From an uncultured Candidatus Saccharibacteria bacterium (GTDB lineage: Bacteria; Patescibacteriota; Minisyncoccia; Phycocordibacterales; PALSA-1337), in assembly GCA_964543075.1 (NCBI GenBank), contig CAZIVT010000002.1:3089-67088 (forward strand): 64,000 bases of DNA, in the 5' to 3' direction. A program made the position numbers and the translations under genes. Below, piece by piece: positions 9,317 through 15,783 of the stretch. A model generated the notes under the pieces. The model was given only the letters and a program-made list of their open reading frames with translations, did no database searches and was not told the DNA's origin. How positions within the stretch are numbered: position 1 is the stretch's first letter; each line of letters opens with the position of its first letter.

Positions 9317-9327
9317 ATTCAACAAAT

Positions 9328-10047
9328 ATGTCATTTGGTTCATATCTAAAAAATCAAAGAGAATCGAAAAGTTGGACTATAAAAGAGCTGGCCGAACGGC
9401 TCGGCTTTTCCTCGAGCTACATCAGCCAGTTGGAGAATGGGACACGCAATCCATCCCATAAACAGCTGGCCGTTCTCGCCAAGGCCTATCAGCTTCCTGA
9501 AGAGGAACTGAAGAAGCATTGGACCGAGGGGAAGATCCAAAAGGTCAGCATGGAGGGCAATTATAAATTCAACATCAGCGATGTTGGCGAGAAGCGTGTT
9601 CACGAGGCCGCAAGCAAATTAGAGCAAGGGCTTGAGGAACTACGGAATACCATCTCTGGCGATGATGCATACATCAAGACGCCAGTGATTGATGCACTCT
9701 CAGCCGATGACCTCGGCACTCGTTTGAAGGAAGCGAAGGAGTTTTTCTTTCTCCCTAAAAACAGCGTGCCGGCCGGACATCGTATGTTTGGCTTTCGGGT
9801 GGATGGTTTATCACTACCCGATGCCGGCATTCTCACCGGGGACTTCACCATCCTCGATGCAGATGCTGATCCAAAGAGTGGCGATATTGTGGTGGTCGCC
9901 ACTCCGGATGGACTGGTGATGACTTATTACCATGAGCGAGGTGACTACCTTGAGCTCAGGCCGGAGACGGAGGGCTTCAAAAAGACCTACCATCTCAAGG
10001 AGAGCAAGATAGTGGGTCGGCTCGTCTACCACGTCAAGAAGTATTAA
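9328..10047 (+). CDS. CI-like repressor: XRE HTH fused to an S24/LexA-like C-terminal domain
   Basis: N-terminal HTH WTIKELAERLGFSSSYISQLENGTRNPS. The C-terminus VDGLSLPDAGILTGDFTILDADADPKSGDIVVV...LELRPE...IVGRLVY resembles the LexA/CI autopeptidase fold. The catalytic dyad was not verified. Confidence 0.8.
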   Translation: MSFGSYLKNQRESKSWTIKELAERLGFSSSYISQLENGTRNPSHKQLAVLAKAYQLPEEELKKHWTEGKIQKVSMEGNYKFNISDVGEKRVHEAASKLEQGLEELRNTISGDDAYIKTPVIDALSADDLGTRLKEAKEFFFLPKNSVPAGHRMFGFRVDGLSLPDAGILTGDFTILDADADPKSGDIVVVATPDGLVMTYYHERGDYLELRPETEGFKKTYHLKESKIVGRLVYHVKKY

Positions 10048-10133
10048 AGAACAGGGCTCTCCGCAAGGTGAGCCCTGAAGCTATTTATAGGAGGTTGATT
10101 ATAAAAAATAAGTAAAGAATTTATCAATTAATT

Positions 10134-11717
10134 ATGAACTACTTAATCTACGGCCGTGTCTCTACATCTCGTCAGGCCGAACGAGAATTGAGTATTCCAG
10201 CGCAGGTGAAAGCATGCCAGAAGTACGGCATGGATCACGGTTGGAATCTCGCACCTGATGGCATCTATGAGGAAAAGGGTGAATCAGCTCGAACAGTTGA
10301 ACGTCCACAGCTTCAGAAAATGCTTCATCGGGCAAAGACTGATAACAAGGTCGATGCGATATTGATGCACAAACTTGATCGTATGTGTCGCAACGTTGCG
10401 GACTACGCCGCAATAAAGATGATGCTCAAAAAGCACGACGTCCGGTTGATCTCGGTGGTCGAGCAATTCGATGAGTCTTTCTCCGGAGAGCTTGTCGAGA
10501 ACATCATGTCCTCAATTGCTCAATGGACGTCCCAGAACATCAGCTGGGAGGTCAGGAAAGGCCTTAAAGAGGCCGTAGAGCGTGGCAGGTTCCCCGGATA
10601 CGCTCCAATCGGCTATATGAACGATCGGAAGACCAAATCCCTGATCGTGGATACTGTTCGAGCACCATATGTGAAGCTGGGGTTTGAGCTTTACGCGACA
10701 GGCAAATTTTCTTACTACACGCTCGGTGACGAATTGGCAAAACGAGGTCTCAAGAGCAAGGCTGGCAAACGTGTCTCAAAGAAAGGCGTTGAGCGGATGC
10801 TTCAAAATTCGATCTACTACGGTCTTATAAAAACACGATCGGCCACCAATCAGGCAAACTTTCCGTCACTCATTACCAAGAAGCTCTTTGATGATGTGCA
10901 GGAAATCATCGCACAGCACAATCACTACGCCGATCGGTCTCGCAAGCACACCTTTCCGCTTACCGGCTTCATGCGATGCGGTTACTGTGGCTCGATGTTG
11001 AGTGGTCAGGTGAAAAAGGGTCACTTGTACTATAACTGCTCTCACCGACGTGACGCCAAATGTCCGGAAAGAAAGTACACTCGATCTGAGCTTATTGAGG
11101 AGCAGGTCGTAGCGTATCTCTCACGAGTCGAGTTGCCACCTAAGTTCAAGACGGTCTTGGATGCGTACTTCCAGCACTTCGCAAAAGAGCGTATGGATCA
11201 GGAGGAAAACGAACGCAAGAGCATTAAGCACGACCTGATCAGGGTGCAACAGCAGATCCGTAATATTGTCGTGGATCGCTCAAAACGCATCATTGACGCA
11301 GAGGTTTTTATAAAGATTCAGGACGAGCTTCTCAAGGAGAAAGAGATGTATCAGGATCGCTTGGCCGAGCTCGAGGGTAAGTCAGACAAATTCGTGCAGA
11401 AATTCAATGAGCTTCTCGACTTCACGGATCACGCCGATGAGGTGTATCAAAAGAGTGGCACTAGTCAGAAGCGAACGGTACTAAAGCTTTGCATTGAGGG
11501 ATTCACAGTCAGAAATCAAAAACTGACACCGATATGGACGCCAGTTTTTGATGTTCTTATGGACTTACAATGGTCCAAGTTCGATCCCCCAAAAGTCGGC
11601 GGCAAGGGTTCTAAAACCGCCTCAAAAACCCTTGCCGTACCTAAGGTTCTAACTTGGACATCTGGCGGAGACGGAGGGATTCGAACCCTCGAGGCCCTTG
11701 CGAGCCTAACACCTTAG
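10134..11717 (+). CDS. Large serine recombinase (integrase)
   Basis: Resolvase N-domain LIYGRVSTSRQ with the catalytic Ser, a recombinase domain, the zinc ribbon CGYCGSML...YYNCSHRRDAKCPE and a coiled-coil. The last 56 nt of the ORF overlap tRNA-Ser on the other strand, so the true C-terminus is uncertain. Confidence 0.9.
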   Translation: MNYLIYGRVSTSRQAERELSIPAQVKACQKYGMDHGWNLAPDGIYEEKGESARTVERPQLQKMLHRAKTDNKVDAILMHKLDRMCRNVADYAAIKMMLKKHDVRLISVVEQFDESFSGELVENIMSSIAQWTSQNISWEVRKGLKEAVERGRFPGYAPIGYMNDRKTKSLIVDTVRAPYVKLGFELYATGKFSYYTLGDELAKRGLKSKAGKRVSKKGVERMLQNSIYYGLIKTRSATNQANFPSLITKKLFDDVQEIIAQHNHYADRSRKHTFPLTGFMRCGYCGSMLSGQVKKGHLYYNCSHRRDAKCPERKYTRSELIEEQVVAYLSRVELPPKFKTVLDAYFQHFAKERMDQEENERKSIKHDLIRVQQQIRNIVVDRSKRIIDAEVFIKIQDELLKEKEMYQDRLAELEGKSDKFVQKFNELLDFTDHADEVYQKSGTSQKRTVLKLCIEGFTVRNQKLTPIWTPVFDVLMDLQWSKFDPPKVGGKGSKTASKTLAVPKVLTWTSGGDGGIRTLEALASLTP

Positions 11718-11752
11718 CACGGTGCCGCTTTCGACCACTCAGCCACGTCTCC
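11662..11752 (-). tRNA. tRNA-Ser (GCT anticodon), CCA encoded
   Basis: Manual fold of the reverse complement: acceptor GGAGACG/CGTCTCC, anticodon arm GCACC-GTGCTAA-GGTGT, long variable arm, T arm GAGGG-TTCGAAT-CCCTC, then GCCA. Confidence 0.9.
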
Positions 11753-11992
11753 ATGTAATATTTTCTTAAAGGCAGTGCCACCTTTGTAGCTTTTGACCTT
11801 CTTCTCGAGCATACGAGCCTCTTGTTCAGTGTCGGTCTCACAGTAGCATACCAGTTTCCAAGGACCATTCAACTTGGTAAAAGCACCGCCGGTGCCGCTG
11901 TTGTGCGAGACCAGTCTCTCACTCATGTTTATGGTAGAGCCGACATAATGTTTCCCATTCTTTAGGCTCTTGAGTATATAAACATACGCCAT
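11714..11992 (-). CDS. GIY-YIG nuclease family protein (YhbQ/COG2827-like)
   Basis: MAYVYILKSLKNGKHYVGSTINMSERLVSHNSG...PWKLVCYCETDTEQEARMLEKKVKSYKG is a canonical GIY-YIG pattern. The ORF has no stop of its own, and its last 13 codons are tRNA-Ser sequence with the TAA in the anticodon loop. Confidence 0.8.
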   Translation of the reverse strand: MAYVYILKSLKNGKHYVGSTINMSERLVSHNSGTGGAFTKLNGPWKLVCYCETDTEQEARMLEKKVKSYKGGTAFKKILHGDVAEWSKAAPC

Positions 11993-12061
11993 TCACTTTC
12001 GACCATCCCGCCTTTGGCGGGATAAACTCAGCCACGACCCGCCTTGGCGGGTCACGTCTCC
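11993..12061 (-). pseudogene. Decayed copy of the tRNA-Ser 5' portion (nt 1-26) interrupted by two mini-hairpin insertions
   Basis: The reverse complement reads GGAGACG[TGACCCGCCAAGGCGGGTCG]TGGCTGAG[TTTATCCCGCCAAAGGCGGGA]TGGTCGAAAG. With the brackets removed it equals the first 25-26 nt of the intact tRNA-Ser. Confidence 0.65.
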
Positions 12062-12144
12062 ATCGGTGCGCCGAAGCTCGAAAAGCGTAGGCGACCAGTC
12101 GCCAAGCCATTCTTGCACAAAAGAGGGGAGTAATCAAAGTCATC

Positions 12145-12180
12145 GAAAACAAAAGGCCGTCCACTGAGAGAATGGACGGC
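12145..12180 (-). terminator. Rho-independent terminator of the 12201..12548 gene
   Basis: Stem GCCGTCCA/TGGACGGC (8 bp perfect), followed on the minus strand by CTTTTGTTTTC. Confidence 0.6.
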
Positions 12181-12200
12181 TTGATGAGAGATATGAGAGC

Positions 12201-12548
12201 TTATCGTACTGTCGCTATACCAGTCTGTTCATCCGTGCGAACGTGTTGTTCGGCGAGCTTCCGCGCGACAGCGTCCTCGATCTGTTCTCGAGTCAGATCT
12301 AGGTCGGATCCGGTCCCGGTGACATTAGTCGGACGGACGGTCCAAAGCGTCCCTTTGCCCGGTTCTCTACATCGTCCGATGACGATGAACCGGATGGGAA
12401 TACCTTGCTCTACTTCCCAGAGAAAGTCCTTGCCGATCAGGCTTGGCGGTGAAGCTCTTCTTGACCGCGCGGCTGCCTGACGGATATCGCTGAAGGTGAC
12501 GGTTCTTTTGTTCATTCCATTGCTCGTTTCGGTATAAGATTGTTGCAT
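12201..12548 (-). CDS. Hypothetical protein
   Basis: 115-aa ORF (alternative start MNKRTV at 12515) with a downstream terminator. The opposite-strand ORF 12172..12480 is Ser/Arg/Cys-rich and looks spurious. Confidence 0.5.
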   Translation of the reverse strand: MQQSYTETSNGMNKRTVTFSDIRQAAARSRRASPPSLIGKDFLWEVEQGIPIRFIVIGRCREPGKGTLWTVRPTNVTGTGSDLDLTREQIEDAVARKLAEQHVRTDEQTGIATVR

Positions 12549-12677
12549 AGTCCGAGAGAGATGGTATTGAAATATCTATTCATTGTCAAATCAGCCAAAG
12601 ATGGGCGACAGCTGTGAATTACTCGTCTTGTCGAGATGTCCTGTGTAACCTAGAATATCTCATGAAAGGACCTTGCC

Positions 12678-12899
12678 ATGAACGAACAACCAATGCCGCC
12701 AGTCTCTCATCGGGAAGATATGGCCTCTATGGTCGGGGAAATCCTCGATCCGTTCAATGTATGGGTTACTGGCATCGCGGTCGGACATTCTCCGACGCAC
12801 AACGAGTGCGCACAGCACTATATGACACACGGCGGCCTGGAGCGTTTCAGGCAGCTACATCCGACATTCATCGTCGATCCATTGCCGGTCGCCGCATGA
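12678..12899 (+). CDS. Hypothetical small protein
   Basis: 73-aa ORF preceded by TAGAAT and an AAGGA-like motif, and followed directly by a strong terminator. Confidence 0.45.
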   Translation: MNEQPMPPVSHREDMASMVGEILDPFNVWVTGIAVGHSPTHNECAQHYMTHGGLERFRQLHPTFIVDPLPVAA

Positions 12900-12911
12900 A
12901 AGCGCATCACA

Positions 12912-12936
12912 GGCGGACCCACCGGTCCGCCTTTTG
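12912..12936 (+). terminator. Rho-independent terminator
   Basis: GGCGGACC-CACC-GGTCCGCC followed by TTTT. Confidence 0.65.
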
Positions 12937-12955
12937 TCATGGTATACTGTGTCGC

Positions 12956-13579
12956 ATGCTTGCGGCCTTTGTGACCGGCGTCATCATCGCGTTCCTCACC
13001 TCGATACCGGTCGGGCCGGTCGGCCTCCTCTGCATATCGCGATCGATCTCCCACGGCAAGTATTCCGGGATGGTGGTCGGCCTCGGTGCCGCCGTGGTCG
13101 ACGCCTTCTTCGCCGCTGTAGCGGCTTTCAGCCTGACAGGCATCGTCCATTTCATCAAGGACTACTCCATCGCGTTCCATATCGTCAGCTTCTGCGCGCT
13201 CATCGGTGTCGCTATCTACTTCCTCCGAGCCAAGACCCATGTCGCGCACGAGCATCGCCGCGAGGTGTCGCACAGCGAGAATTTCTTCGTCTCCGCTTTC
13301 CTCAATATCACCAACCCATTCGCCATCTTCGGTTTCTTCACGCTCTTCGCACTAGCTGGCTTGGGTCGAGGCATCGGCCACGGGGAAGCGATCGCCGCGG
13401 TCGGAGGAGTCTTCGTCGGGGCGTGTCTCTGGTGGTATCTCCTAGCGGCTGTCTCCGACCGTTTCGAGTCCAAAGTCGACGATCGCATGATGACCGCGCT
13501 CAACCGCGCCTTCGGCATCCTGATCATCGCCTTCGTCGTTTTCCTCGCGTTCAAGTTCGTGCTGTCGCTTTTGCACTAG
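12956..13579 (+). CDS. LysE/RhtB-family amino-acid exporter
   Basis: Start moved to MLAAFVTGVIIAFLTSIPVGPVGLLCI (typical LysE N-terminus). About six TM segments. TATACT sits 7 nt upstream of the ATG. Confidence 0.8.
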   Translation: MLAAFVTGVIIAFLTSIPVGPVGLLCISRSISHGKYSGMVVGLGAAVVDAFFAAVAAFSLTGIVHFIKDYSIAFHIVSFCALIGVAIYFLRAKTHVAHEHRREVSHSENFFVSAFLNITNPFAIFGFFTLFALAGLGRGIGHGEAIAAVGGVFVGACLWWYLLAAVSDRFESKVDDRMMTALNRAFGILIIAFVVFLAFKFVLSLLH

Positions 13580-13635
13580 GCCGATGGCACACGACCTATT
13601 TTGAAATAGGGCATACATACGCTACTATTAGAGCC

Positions 13636-14835
13636 ATGAAGACCGTCACTGACAAAGCGCGCATCGAAGAACTCTTGGCGCGCGGCATGCTCGTCGAAGC
13701 ATATCCATCCAAAGCCGAGCTCATGGAGCGGCTCCTCTCAGGCGATCGTATCCGGATCTACTACGGCCTCGATCCGACGCATACCGCCATCCATCTCGGT
13801 CATGCCAAGAACCTTATATTCCTCGAAGAGCTCCGTCAGCTCGGCCATGAGGTCATCGTCCTCTTCGGCGATTTCACCGCCACGATCGGCGATCCGACCG
13901 ACAAGGCCGCCGCTCGTTCTCAGCTCACTGTCGAACAGGTCAAAGAGAACATGAAGACGTGGATCGAGCAGATCACGCCGCTCGTCGATTTCGATGACGC
14001 GGATAATCCCGCGCGCGTCGAGCGCAACTCCTCATGGCTCTCCAAACTCTCATTCGCCGACGTTCTCGATCTCTCTTCCAATTTCACTGTCCAGCAGATG
14101 CTCGAGCGTGATATGTTCGAGAAGCGCATGGAGACCGGTGCGCCTATCCACCTGCATGAGTTCATGTATCCGCTGATGCAGGGATACGACAGCGTGGCGA
14201 TGGATGTGGATGCTGAGCTATGTGGAACCGACCAGATCTTCAACGCTCTAGCCGGACGCACGCTCCTCAAGCGCTACAAGAACAAGGACAAGCTCATCAT
14301 CGCTCTCAACCTGATCGCTAACCCTGCAACCGGCGAGCTGATGTCCAAGTCCAACGGCACCGGCGTGTTCATCGACCAGTCGCCGGCCGATCTATTCGGT
14401 TCGATCATGGCGCTCCCTGATCCGATGATCGAGCCGCTCTTCACGCACTGCACCCGTATCCCGATGTCAGACAAGGAGGGGTTCATGGCCGCCGGGCCGA
14501 GGAAGGCCAAGGCCGCTGTGGCGCTCGATATCGTCAAGCGTCTCCATGGCGAGTCAGCGGCGCTGGCGGCAGAGCAGGCATTCGAGAATACCTTCGCCAA
14601 AGGCGGCGTGCCGGATGATGTGCAGGAGGTCTCCCTGGGAGACGGCGAGCATCTCTCTGATGCGCTCGTCAAAGCAGGCGTTATATCTTCCAAGGCCGAG
14701 TGGCGCCGGCTCATCGATGGCGGCGGCATCCGTACCGAGGACGACGAGAAGATATCCGACCCTCATTTCAAACCGGTCAAGACTGTAGTCCTCAGGGTTG
14801 GCAAACGGAGGTTTGTAAGAATAGTACCGCGCTAG
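13636..14835 (+). CDS. tyrS: Tyrosine--tRNA ligase
   Basis: HIGH motif (DPTHTAIHLGH), KMSKS variant (GELMSKSNG), TyrRS-like core and a C-terminal S4-like domain (LSDALVKAGVISSKAEWRRLIDGGGI). The upstream 234 codons of the long ORF are an Arg-rich alternative frame of lysE. Confidence 0.92.
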   Translation: MKTVTDKARIEELLARGMLVEAYPSKAELMERLLSGDRIRIYYGLDPTHTAIHLGHAKNLIFLEELRQLGHEVIVLFGDFTATIGDPTDKAAARSQLTVEQVKENMKTWIEQITPLVDFDDADNPARVERNSSWLSKLSFADVLDLSSNFTVQQMLERDMFEKRMETGAPIHLHEFMYPLMQGYDSVAMDVDAELCGTDQIFNALAGRTLLKRYKNKDKLIIALNLIANPATGELMSKSNGTGVFIDQSPADLFGSIMALPDPMIEPLFTHCTRIPMSDKEGFMAAGPRKAKAAVALDIVKRLHGESAALAAEQAFENTFAKGGVPDDVQEVSLGDGEHLSDALVKAGVISSKAEWRRLIDGGGIRTEDDEKISDPHFKPVKTVVLRVGKRRFVRIVPR

Positions 14836-14922
14836 TTCAATAGTCAAATAGTACCTAGTCCAATAGTCTCTGCTACCAAATCCAGGGGCAGGGACTATTC
14901 GACTATTGAACTATTTGACTGC
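14836..14922. repeat. Intergenic word-repeat hairpin element H1 (CTACC..GCAG core family)
   Basis: Left arm GTTCAATAGTCAAATAGT... pairs with right arm ...GACTATTGAACTATTTGACT. Central part is TCTCTGCTACCAAATCCAGGGGCAGGG. It lies between the convergent tyrS and comFC genes. Confidence 0.65.
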
Positions 14923-15618
14923 TCAATGCGCCAACGATAATCCTCTGACGTCGGTGAACCCCGCGCGTTTCAATGTCTCGATCGCTTCGTGCATCGTGCT
15001 TCCAGTGGTGATGACGTCATCTATGACGATCAATCGCCGCTTGGTGAGCTCCGGCTCCGCCTCAGTGAGCTTCTCCAGCGTCTTTTCATCTATTGCGAAT
15101 ATCCCTTTTGCATCTTCGACTCGGTGTTTGCGATCTTTCATGGTTTGTCGATCCGCATGATGTGTGCGTATCAGCAGGTTTCTGTCGAATACAAACCGAG
15201 CAGGATCTCTCTCTTGTGCCCATCGCGCTATCTCATCCATCAGTAGCTCACACTGGTTGTACCCGCGCTCGCGTCTCCGCCGCGATGTTATCGGCATAGG
15301 TAGGACGAGTATCGGACAGACGCCGGACGCGGCATCTGTAGATATCTCCTCGAGATCGGAAAATAGCGCATACCCGCCGATTTCGACAGCTTGCGTCGAG
15401 TGTTTGTATTTGATGTTCCAGATGAGCTTGGAGACACGCTCATCCTTGTAGGCGAAGATAGATCGGGTGTCAGGGAGATCCACCGCGAGGCCAGAATAGT
15501 TAGGTGCCGGAGGTAGCTTCTCCAAGGCCTCGCGTGGTGACAGCGAAAAGATCTCCTTTTCAGCAGGAGAAAGAGGGAAGAGCGCGTCGAGGATGGTTTG
15601 GTAGAGTATCTTGAGCAT
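14923..15618 (-). CDS. comFC: ComF-family phosphoribosyltransferase-like competence protein
   Basis: PRTase motif RRLIVIDDVITTGSTMHEAIETLKRAG and an N-terminal ComF-like region. Confidence 0.8.
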   Translation of the reverse strand: MLKILYQTILDALFPLSPAEKEIFSLSPREALEKLPPAPNYSGLAVDLPDTRSIFAYKDERVSKLIWNIKYKHSTQAVEIGGYALFSDLEEISTDAASGVCPILVLPMPITSRRRRERGYNQCELLMDEIARWAQERDPARFVFDRNLLIRTHHADRQTMKDRKHRVEDAKGIFAIDEKTLEKLTEAEPELTKRRLIVIDDVITTGSTMHEAIETLKRAGFTDVRGLSLAH

Positions 15619-15639
15619 GAGTTCGGCATACTATGATAC

Positions 15640-15770
15640 CTCCACAGACGCCAATTGGCCTAATCTCTGATTAACCTAGTTGGCCTAAGAAACGCTTGTG
15701 AGACTATCTAGTATAGGTAGTCAGGAGGTTTTAGGACAATTAGGAATTAGAATAATTAGGGTAATTTCGG
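15640..15770. repeat. Intergenic word-repeat hairpin element H5 (CTAATT-word family)
   Basis: CCAATTGGCCTAATCTCTGATTAACCTAGTTGGCCTAAG ... TTTTAGGACAATTAGGAATTAGAATAATTAGGGTAATT. The arms are related to those of the element at 35728..35814. Confidence 0.6.
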
Positions 15771-15783
15771 TATACTATATCCT

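Larger units (their letters stand above)
1..11661. mobile_element. AT-rich integrated island (copper-resistance cargo, CI/Cro module, serine integrase); left end outside window
   Basis: Visibly lower G+C and AT-rich codon usage than the sequence right of ~11.7 kb (judged by eye, not computed). The serine recombinase at the right edge abuts the 3' end of tRNA-Ser. Confidence 0.6.

Noticed and set aside
12172-12480. A plus-strand 102-aa ORF
   Set aside because: It is Ser/Arg/Cys-rich and antisense to the more protein-like 12201..12548 ORF, whose terminator orientation fits the minus strand.
12934-13635. A 234-codon Arg/Pro-rich extension of the tyrS ORF, and the 12614 extension of lysE
   Set aside because: The composition (RRHHRVPHLDTGRAGRPP...) is typical of an out-of-frame reading of GC-rich coding DNA. 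The real starts are supported by conserved N-termini and by -10 boxes 7 nt upstream.
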